8,652 bases of DNA from IMG/VR virus record IMGVR_UViG_2778261122_000008, one strand, 5' to 3'. Made by a program: the position numbers and the translations under genes. The notes beneath the pieces are model-generated. The model searched no databases. It saw only the letters and a program-made list of their open reading frames with translations, and had not been told where the DNA came from. Shown here piece after piece: positions 1-5,809 of this stretch. Each line of letters begins with the position of its first letter. Position 1 is the first letter of the stretch. The stretch is from a virus. Lineage: Duplodnaviria; Heunggongvirae; Uroviricota; Caudoviricetes.

Positions 1-120
1 CAGATAAAGCAAGTACAGCACTTCCTGCTTTACGGGTAGAAGATTTGAATAAGATGATTGGACTTCCTTCCGAGGTCGCATAATCGTCCTTTATTTTTGG
101 CATAAACAACAGAGGCGAAG

Positions 121-318
121 ATGTTGACAGTTGGTAAGTCATATTCAACTAAAAATGGAAAGATATTTAGTTGTGAAAAAGATATTGGAGAAATAGACAC
201 TATCTTTCCATTTGGTGGATGGGTATACAATTCTGATGGAAGCAAAGACAGATTTGCATATTACACCAGAGGAGGTACTTATAAACTAACCAAATCAGAA
301 TATGATTTAATTATTTAG
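121..318 (+). CDS. Hypothetical small protein (65 aa) in a low-GC cassette
   Basis: ORF with GAGG 8 nt upstream of the ATG. GC is about 32% by hand count, against about 47-50% in neighbouring phage genes. Followed by a hairpin and a terminator. No family recognised. Confidence 0.45.
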   Translation: MLTVGKSYSTKNGKIFSCEKDIGEIDTIFPFGGWVYNSDGSKDRFAYYTRGGTYKLTKSEYDLII

Positions 319-330
319 CACAGAGAAGCA

Positions 331-362
331 CTGTGTATTCATTCCAACGAGTGAATACACGG
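331..362 (+). repeat. Perfect 9-bp inverted repeat (GTGTATTCA / TGAATACAC) with a 10-nt spacer; no T-tract
   Basis: Read directly: arms at 333..341 and 352..360, extendable by C331-G362. It is followed by GGAGCAATG rather than a U-run, so it is not a canonical intrinsic terminator. Confidence 0.45.
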
Positions 363-422
363 AGCAATGTCGCTCGTAACTAAACAGGAGCCGACTTGTT
401 CTGATTATTGGAAATCTTCTTT

Positions 423-448
423 GCCCTCCAGTGTGAGGGCCTTTTTAT
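423..448 (+). terminator. Rho-independent terminator candidate
   Basis: GCCCTC (423..428), loop CAGTGT, GAGGGC (435..440), then CTTTTTAT. It lies inside the N-terminal part of the track ORF 408..683, which argues that gene really starts at 513. Confidence 0.6.
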
Positions 449-512
449 ATGCATACCAATAACGCTTCACTCGAGGCGTTTTCGTTATGCAATCAAACAG
501 AAGGAGCATCCT

Positions 513-683
513 ATGCAACAGTTCGCTATTGCAGGGGCGGCATCGGTTCGCCCTTTCAACCCGATTTTATCGGTACAGCATTCACGAAAAAATATTTTAA
601 CCGGAGCAGACTTTAAACAACCAAGAATGAAAAGTTTGCTCGAAAAGCTTTGGGATATTTTGAAACAACAAGGCCGTCCATGA
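513..683 (+). CDS. Hypothetical small phage protein (56 aa)
   Basis: Internal ATG of track ORF 408..683 with AAGGAG 6 nt upstream. Lies downstream of the terminator at 423..448. Its stop overlaps the next start (ATGA at 680..683). Confidence 0.45.
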   Translation: MQQFAIAGAASVRPFNPILSVQHSRKNILTGADFKQPRMKSLLEKLWDILKQQGRP

Positions 684-787
684 GTTTTACAGATAACTGG
701 TCAGACGAAGAATTCATTCGTCAGATGAACAAAATGCTCAATCAGCACAAAGAACAGGAGAAAGATGATGATTCTGACTCTGAATGA
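680..787 (+). CDS. Possible very small acidic protein (35 aa)
   Basis: Hand-translated ORF MSFTDNWSDEEFIRQMNKMLNQHKEQEKDDDSDSE. Its start is ATGA-coupled to the upstream stop. It is below the ORF-track size cutoff and overlaps the start of the next gene by 23 nt. Confidence 0.25.
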   Translation: MSFTDNWSDEEFIRQMNKMLNQHKEQEKDDDSDSE

Positions 788-1076
788 TAAGCGTGAAATA
801 TCGCAAATAATCGCAAGTTTTACTGAGGAAGATTACGAACGAATCAACAGTGAAGTTGATCGCCTCTGCAAACGTTGCGACCCAATAAGCGAAATGCTTC
901 GCTCATATAAACCAGATGAACACACTAAGGACGCTATCGACTGGCTGGAAGATGATGACTGTAACTATCAGGAAAAAGCCGCTGAATGGTTCTGGGATGC
1001 AATAACCGAAAGAGTTAAGGCTGAATATGCCTTCGCAATATTCAAACGCAGACACATTTATGGAGAAGCAGCATGA
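765..1076 (+). CDS. Hypothetical acidic phage protein (103 aa) immediately upstream of recT
   Basis: AGGAG upstream (start could be ATG 765 or 768). Stop overlaps the recT start (ATGA at 1073..1076). Rich in Asp/Glu, net negative by hand count. No family recognised. Confidence 0.6.
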   Translation: MMILTLNDKREISQIIASFTEEDYERINSEVDRLCKRCDPISEMLRSYKPDEHTKDAIDWLEDDDCNYQEKAAEWFWDAITERVKAEYAFAIFKRRHIYGEAA

Positions 1077-1984
1077 GCAATATCGTTGAATTCGTTAAAC
1101 AGCAGGAGCAGTTATTCTGCGGGGCATTGACTGAACAGACGGTGACATGGGCTAAGGAAAGCCAGTTTGCAATTCAGTATTTCCAGAAAAATGATTACCT
1201 GGCTAAAACGGCACTGGCAAATCCAACCAGCGCACAGAACGCCATCATCAATGTTGCGGCGATCGGCATCACCTTAAACCCGGCTAGCAAACTGGCTTAT
1301 CTGGTTCCGCGCGACGGCATGGTGTGCCTTGATATCAGTTATATGGGATTGCTCCATATTGCAATGGAGTCTGGTGTTATCTCATGGGGTCAGGCAAAAC
1401 TTGTTCATGCTAACGATACCTATGAGTCAAACGGGCTTGATAAAGCACCAACCCATAAATACAACGCCTTCGGTGATCGTGGTGATATCGTTGGCGTTTA
1501 CTGCACAGTTAAGACGCCAGCAGGTGATTATCTAACGGAAGAGATGAGTCTGGCTGAAATTGAGGCTGTAAGGAAAACAAGCAAGGCGGCATTCAGCGAT
1601 AAAGGACCATGGGTAAATCACTGGAATGAGATGGCGCGAAAGACGGTCGTAAAGCGTGCAAGCAAGTATTGGCCTAAGGCATCACGTCTTGATAGTGCTA
1701 TTCACGTACTAAACGAAGAAGAAGGTGTGTGGACTGAACCAGTTATGCCGCACAAATCAGAGGAAGATATCCGCGAAGATGAACGGAAACGCCAGCAGGA
1801 AATAACGGATAAAGCACAACTTCTTTGTGATGAAATGGCTCAGGCTGAAAACATGGATGATTTGAAGCGATATTTTGCAGAAGCATATCGCCTGACATCT
1901 GGAATGAAATTGCAGCAGAACGTACAAGCCATTTACATAGAATGCAAAGCGAAACTGGAGGTTGCCAGTGAGCAAACTGTATGA
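1073..1984 (+). CDS. recT: RecT-family single-strand annealing protein (phage recombinase)
   Basis: 303-aa translation. The segment GPWVNHWNEMARKTVVKRASKYWP closely resembles the conserved RecT core as I recall it from Rac RecT (GPWVTHWEEMAKKT...KYLP). GGAG 7 nt upstream of ATG. Confidence 0.85.
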   Translation: MSNIVEFVKQQEQLFCGALTEQTVTWAKESQFAIQYFQKNDYLAKTALANPTSAQNAIINVAAIGITLNPASKLAYLVPRDGMVCLDISYMGLLHIAMESGVISWGQAKLVHANDTYESNGLDKAPTHKYNAFGDRGDIVGVYCTVKTPAGDYLTEEMSLAEIEAVRKTSKAAFSDKGPWVNHWNEMARKTVVKRASKYWPKASRLDSAIHVLNEEEGVWTEPVMPHKSEEDIREDERKRQQEITDKAQLLCDEMAQAENMDDLKRYFAEAYRLTSGMKLQQNVQAIYIECKAKLEVASEQTV

Positions 1985-2450
1985 AATAGCCAATGAATAC
2001 GCAAAGCTGATGGATTCAGATTTAGAGCCAGAGATGATTGCTGACACAATAGAAGGAATGGAAGGAGAATTTACCGATAAAATAGAGCAACTTCTTGCCA
2101 TTATTAAAAATGAATCTGGTTATGCTGAACGCCTCAAGGACGAGGCAAAGTCACTGAATGAACGAGCAGCAGTAATTCAAAATAAGATTGACAGCATTAT
2201 GGCGTATATAGCGTCATCGCTTGAAATGGTTGGCAAGAAAAAGATTCGAGCAGGTATTCACCAGGTAACAATCCGCAAACCGTCAGAAACTGTAGAAATA
2301 ATCGACTCAAGCGCCCTTCCTCCTGAATACGTTGAGTTTGAAACGACAATTAAAGCTGACAAACTGGCAATCAAACACCAACTAAAAGCAGGAATAAATA
2401 TCCCCGGCGCTCAACTCAAAGTTGGGAAACCTTCACTTCTTATCAAATAA
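1968..2450 (+). CDS. Sipho_Gp157-like protein (recombination-module accessory protein)
   Basis: GTG start with GGAGG 6 nt upstream (the track begins at TTG 1962). N-terminus (M)SKLYEIANEY and C-terminus ...NIPGAQLKVGKPSLLIK match my recollection of the Gp157 family, which often sits beside RecT/Erf genes. Confidence 0.6.
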   Translation: MSKLYEIANEYAKLMDSDLEPEMIADTIEGMEGEFTDKIEQLLAIIKNESGYAERLKDEAKSLNERAAVIQNKIDSIMAYIASSLEMVGKKKIRAGIHQVTIRKPSETVEIIDSSALPPEYVEFETTIKADKLAIKHQLKAGINIPGAQLKVGKPSLLIK

Positions 2451-2461
2451 CGGTATCTCCT

Positions 2462-2776
2462 ATGAAAAAGACTCCATGGGAGAAATGGGAAGTCGATTTC
2501 TTGCGCGAAGTGGCGGCGACAATGCCAGTTGAAGTTATCGCTGAAAAACTGGAAAGGACTGAAAAAGCAGTAATGGCGAAAGCAACAAGGATTGGCGCTG
2601 ACATTGTTAGCCGACTTCGTGGAAGACGCTGGACAAGAGCCGAAGTATCACTTTTCGGTAAGTTCTCCGCAGAAGAAATAGCAATTGCAACCTGCCGCTC
2701 AATTTATTCAGTAAGAGCTATGCGATACAAGCTAAAAAAACTCGATGAAGAAAGAGCAGGCATACGAATAAATTAA
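2462..2776 (+). CDS. Hypothetical DNA-binding protein with two tandem HTH-like repeats
   Basis: 104 aa. Internal duplication: WEKWEVDFLREV..PVEVIAEKLERTEKAVMAKATRIG versus RRWTRAEVSLFGKF.AEEIAIATCRSIYSVRAMRYKLKKL. The E-x-I-A...R-[ST]-x-x-[AS]-V pattern resembles sigma-70 region 4 / LuxR / Myb-type HTH. Confidence 0.6.
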   Translation: MKKTPWEKWEVDFLREVAATMPVEVIAEKLERTEKAVMAKATRIGADIVSRLRGRRWTRAEVSLFGKFSAEEIAIATCRSIYSVRAMRYKLKKLDEERAGIRIN

Positions 2777-2792
2777 CATGGAATAATTAACA

Positions 2793-3074
2793 ATGAAGCT
2801 AAACATCGACCTCGGCAAATACGTTATTACCGGAACCAAACACGACCTGATTCTTAATGAAAGAGGAATTATCAAAGAAGGTGAGAATGCAGGGAAAGAA
2901 ACACTAAGCCGTATCGGTTATTACAGCAAGTTTGAGCATCTGGTTAAAGAGTTATGCAACCGTGAAATCCTGTTATCTCAGGCGCAGACGCTACAGGATA
3001 TTCAGCAGCATATCGAGACTTTAGGTGTGTCACTTAGCATGGCTATTGACCAGTTCGTGGAGAGTAAATCATGA
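2793..3074 (+). CDS. Hypothetical phage protein (93 aa)
   Basis: ORF in the co-directional operon. Its stop overlaps the next start (ATGA at 3071..3074). No family recognised. Confidence 0.55.
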   Translation: MKLNIDLGKYVITGTKHDLILNERGIIKEGENAGKETLSRIGYYSKFEHLVKELCNREILLSQAQTLQDIQQHIETLGVSLSMAIDQFVESKS

Positions 3075-3235
3075 GAGGACTTGCATACAATCCCGGCATT
3101 CTTCCGGCAGAAATGATTATTCGCCAACGCGTAAAGCCAATGCCATCGAGAGAGGAATTGCTTAAGAGAAATAGTTTCGGTTATGTTAATGGCAACAAAT
3201 ATCTGAATGCGATGTGGCGGAGTGGGAAGAAATGA
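3071..3235 (+). CDS. Hypothetical small phage protein (54 aa)
   Basis: Hand-translated [61 protein letters not shown]-coupled at both ends (3071 and 3232). Below the ORF-track cutoff. Confidence 0.4.
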   Translation: MRGLAYNPGILPAEMIIRQRVKPMPSREELLKRNSFGYVNGNKYLNAMWRSGKK

Positions 3236-3762
3236 AACAAATGTCACTAATTGAGATGGATGGATTTCTGAAAGGTAAATGCATCCCAAGTGATTTAAAG
3301 GTTAACGAAACAAACGCTGAATATCTGGTGCGTAAATTTGCTGAAGCGCAGGCCAAATGCGCGGCGCTGGCGGCGGAGAATGCTGGGCTGAAACATGCAA
3401 TGGCTGTAACTCTTGAGCATGTGTCGGTCACGGATGCAGGGCAGGCCGGAGTTGCTGCAATGATTATCAACGATGCCCTGCACCACAGCGAAACTCCAGC
3501 CACCGATGCTTTTCTGGCTGAAATTCGTGCGGCGGCTCGCAACGAGGGGATTAACTATACCGCAAGCCGTCTTGCTGCTGCTTTCAACCACGGATTTATC
3601 AATAAGTCTTTACGTGAAGTTTTCGACGTTACGCGCATGATTCTGTCAGCGAAAGAAGAGTTGGCTAATGAAGCGCATCCGATTGATGGCCTGTCTGGTG
3701 AATATGCGGAGAAATCCCTTGAAGAATGGGCGGAACAGATTCGCAAAGGAGGCAAGCAGTGA
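3232..3762 (+). CDS. Hypothetical phage protein (176 aa)
   Basis: In-frame ATG at 3232 within track ORF 3214..3762, overlapping the upstream stop (ATGA). No confidently recognised domain. Confidence 0.6.
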   Translation: MKQMSLIEMDGFLKGKCIPSDLKVNETNAEYLVRKFAEAQAKCAALAAENAGLKHAMAVTLEHVSVTDAGQAGVAAMIINDALHHSETPATDAFLAEIRAAARNEGINYTASRLAAAFNHGFINKSLREVFDVTRMILSAKEELANEAHPIDGLSGEYAEKSLEEWAEQIRKGGKQ

Positions 3763-4082
3763 GCAAAATGACAATCACAAAACAACGAGTAGAAAAAATC
3801 ATATATCGCCATGAAATGGGATTGAACAGCGATGTCACTTCCGAAGAGGTTTATGACCTGGCTGTACTGGCGCTGAATTTATCAAATATCGTAAACCTCA
3901 AGCGATACGAGCTTGATATGGATGGTTGTGACTCGTTCGGTCAGGATTGTGGCGCTGACATGACTGAAGATTCTGATGGTGCTTACGTCCTGTTTGATGA
4001 CGTGGTTAAGTTGTTTGAGTTTGATACAACCACTCAGAAGCCAGAAAGCCCAGCAAAGGAGGCAACCAGTGAGCAAGATTGA
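3759..4082 (+). CDS. Hypothetical phage protein (~107 aa), GTG start
   Basis: AAGGAGG 6 nt upstream of GTG 3759, which overlaps the upstream stop (GTGA). An alternative in-frame ATG is at 3768. Shares the junction motif CAGTGAGCAA with the starts at 1968 and 4069. Confidence 0.55.
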   Translation: MSKMTITKQRVEKIIYRHEMGLNSDVTSEEVYDLAVLALNLSNIVNLKRYELDMDGCDSFGQDCGADMTEDSDGAYVLFDDVVKLFEFDTTTQKPESPAKEATSEQD

Positions 4083-4578
4083 CTATCAGGCACTGCGTGA
4101 AGCGGCACAGAACGCGAAAAATTTAGGTGGGATTAAGAATTACAAGCGAGGCGAGCAAGCTGTTGCCGAATTTAAGTCCTTGATAACGCCACATATTGTG
4201 CTGGCGCTTCTGGAAGAACGGGAAAGAAACCAGCAATACATCAAACGCCGCGACCAGGAGAACGAGGATATTGCGCTTACGGTAGGGAAGCTGCGTGTTG
4301 AGCTTGAAGCCGTGCAGAAGACATCAGCGGCACGAATCGAAGCTATAGACCGCACTCACAAAATGTTCCAGCGTGAAAAAGACCGAGCCGATGCCGCAGA
4401 GAAGTGCATAGCAGAACTGTCTGCTAGCCACAGCAAATTGCGCGACACAATGGCTGGCATCCACAACACAATCCGAATGGATGGCGGCTATACGCCACTG
4501 GCAGCAATCCTTAACGCTGCTAAACGCGCATATGAAGAATCAGCAAGCGCAGCTGGCATTCGCATCAAAGGAGAGTGA
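4069..4578 (+). CDS. Ea22-like (Ead/Ea22 family) protein, coiled-coil rich
   Basis: GTG start with AAGGAGG 6 nt upstream. N-terminal IDYQALREAAQNA and ITPHIVLALLEERE resemble motifs I recall from enterobacterial Ead/Ea22-like proteins. Position between the recombination module and xis matches lambda ea22. Confidence 0.55.
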   Translation: MSKIDYQALREAAQNAKNLGGIKNYKRGEQAVAEFKSLITPHIVLALLEERERNQQYIKRRDQENEDIALTVGKLRVELEAVQKTSAARIEAIDRTHKMFQREKDRADAAEKCIAELSASHSKLRDTMAGIHNTIRMDGGYTPLAAILNAAKRAYEESASAAGIRIKGE

Positions 4579-4579
4579 T

Positions 4580-5011
4580 ATGACCACTATAACCGATAAG
4601 AAACAGTATCCAGGCGAGCAATATCTTAATGAGCTGATCACCAACATAGAGTTTGCTGCAAGGGCACCAGTTGAAGTCGTGAGAGCGATGGCAGCAGAGC
4701 TACAGAAGCGGCGCGAAGCTGATAGTGCCGAACCTGTAAGCCAAACTTACAAGTTGAACGAGCTATCTGGCAACTCTCCGGTAACTCCGGATAGTTGGAT
4801 AAGCTGTAGTGAGCGAATGCCGAACGATAAACAGTATGTTTGGTGTTGGGGTAAGTCTTACGGCTGGACTGAGTGCAATACCTTCGAAGGGTATTACGAT
4901 TGGTCGAGAAACAAATGGTGGGCAGTTACTGACGATGGGGAAGAACCGGCATCGAAAGTAACTCACTGGATGCCGCTACCAGAACCGCCGCAGGAGGTTA
5001 ACCGTGGCTAA
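4580..5011 (+). CDS. DUF551-domain phage protein
   Basis: ATG with GGAG 6 nt upstream. The C-terminal WISCSERMPNDKQYVWCW...KVTHWMPLPEPP matches the DUF551 hallmark (W..ERLP...THWMPLPEPP) as I remember it. Confidence 0.7.
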   Translation: MTTITDKKQYPGEQYLNELITNIEFAARAPVEVVRAMAAELQKRREADSAEPVSQTYKLNELSGNSPVTPDSWISCSERMPNDKQYVWCWGKSYGWTECNTFEGYYDWSRNKWWAVTDDGEEPASKVTHWMPLPEPPQEVNRG

Positions 5012-5110
5012 CCTGCAACTTGCCGTTAAAGGTAAATAACAATCCTCGCACTCGCGGGGATTTCTTTTATCTGAACTCGCTACGGCGGGTTTTGTTTTGT
5101 GGAGATGATT

Positions 5111-5410
5111 ATGGCCTGTTCAACATTCAACCCTCTAACGTTACAGAAATACCAGCCAGACCCTGAAGATTTATGCTCACTGTGTGGCGGAATTCATGGT
5201 AAAGCCGCCATGATCGAATGTAAGGACAAAATCCACATATGCCTTAATTGCGTTGATGTCCTCGTTGATATCAAAAATGAGAGAGAAGATAAAAAGCGTA
5301 GCGAGGCTGTTCGTGCCTTAGATTCATGGATGCGAGATGGGTATAGTGCTGCGCAAATTTATGACTTAGCAATATCAAAAGGCGAAATACCTGGAGTACG
5401 CATCGAATAA
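5111..5410 (+). CDS. Hypothetical Zn-ribbon protein (CxxC...CxxC), positional analogue of lambda ea8.5
   Basis: ATG 5111 with GGAG 6 nt upstream (the track begins at GTG 5099). Cys pairs CSLCGG and CLNC. Followed by a strong terminator. Confidence 0.6.
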   Translation: MACSTFNPLTLQKYQPDPEDLCSLCGGIHGKAAMIECKDKIHICLNCVDVLVDIKNEREDKKRSEAVRALDSWMRDGYSAAQIYDLAISKGEIPGVRIE

Positions 5411-5450
5411 GACATAACCGATATTCGAATTGAAGAACTGAAAGAACACC

Positions 5451-5473
5451 AAGCCGCCTGATGGCGGTTTTTT
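5451..5473 (+). terminator. Rho-independent terminator
   Basis: CCGCC (5454..5458), loop TGAT, GGCGG (5463..5467), then TTTTTT (5468..5473). Confidence 0.7.
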
Positions 5474-5487
5474 ATTGGGGGTAGTAG

Positions 5488-5703
5488 ATGGCTGCAATTC
5501 ACATTGCATCAATAACATGCAATGCAATTCAGATAGTTGCTTGCATTATCTTTGTTTTCCAAACCCTTCGCTCCCGACGATATTCTCCAGCAATTAACCG
5601 ACATCCTGCACAGGTTGAAGCCGTCAGGATGGCTATAGAGTTACGAAATGAGATGAATAAGGCATTAATGGAGATAGAGAAACCATTCACTGACAAACAT
5701 TAA
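5488..5703 (+). CDS. Questionable small ORF (71 aa, hydrophobic N-terminus); may be a regulatory region instead
   Basis: ORF flanked by terminators at 5451..5473 and 5726..5754. Weak RBS (GGGGG). Its first 60 nt carry a dense TGCAAT/ATTGCA inverted-repeat array, so coding status is uncertain. Confidence 0.3.
   Translation: MAAIHIASITCNAIQIVACIIFVFQTLRSRRYSPAINRHPAQVEAVRMAIELRNEMNKALMEIEKPFTDKH
5493..5528. promoter_or_regulatory. Candidate protein-binding array: four TGCAAT/ATTGCA hexamers forming two overlapping inverted repeats
   Basis: Read directly: TGCAAT 5493..5498, ATTGCA 5503..5508, TGCAAT 5518..5523 and 5523..5528. Inverted repeats are TGCAAT-tcac-ATTGCA and CATTGCAT-caataac-ATGCAATG. 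Confidence 0.35.
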
Positions 5704-5725
5704 GAGTGGAAATAGAAATCACACC

Positions 5726-5754
5726 GCCTCACACTCGATGAGGCATTTTCATTT
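5726..5754 (+). terminator. Rho-independent terminator candidate
   Basis: GCCTCA (5726..5731), loop CACTCGA, TGAGGC (5739..5744), then ATTTTCATTT. Confidence 0.5.
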
Positions 5755-5809
5755 ATCAAGATATCCAGACCTACCGCAATAATACCAACTCAATAAATGG
5801 AGATTCCAG

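Noticed and set aside
1-83. Open frame running off the left edge (codons from position 3 to TAA 81..83) as the 3' end of an upstream gene
   Set aside because: Only 26 codons are visible and no protein family can be judged. It is mentioned in the low-GC cassette finding but not annotated as a feature.
408-512. N-terminal extension of track ORF 408..683 (start at ATG 408)
   Set aside because: It contains a canonical intrinsic terminator hairpin (423..448) and lacks an RBS. The in-frame ATG at 513 has AAGGAG at ideal spacing, so the gene is called from 513.
1329-1535. + strand ORF 1329..1535 inside recT in another frame
   Set aside because: It overlaps the conserved RecT core in a different frame, and its product is low-complexity and hydrophobic, so it is an artefact.
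3002-4355. Minus-strand ORFs overlapping the + strand operon (3002..3289, 3186..3542, 3295..3591, 3555..3812, 3882..4076, 4140..4355), and similar ones elsewhere (30..245, 1757..2101, 4763..4966)
   Set aside because: Each is fully antisense to + strand genes that have RBSs, coupling and recognisable families. None has a convincing RBS. They are most likely shadow ORFs.
5011-5110. Possible terminator between the DUF551 gene and the Zn-ribbon gene (GC-rich CGCACTCGCGGGG ... GGCGGGTTTTGTTTTG)
   Set aside because: I could not pair a convincing stem; there is only a T-rich run after a short GC segment. Too weak to annotate.
5474-5560. A sigma-70 promoter for the terminator-bracketed unit or for xis
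   Set aside because: Several TTGC-containing hexamers are present, but I could not find a -35/-10 pair with proper spacing. The TGCAAT array is reported as a candidate binding site instead.
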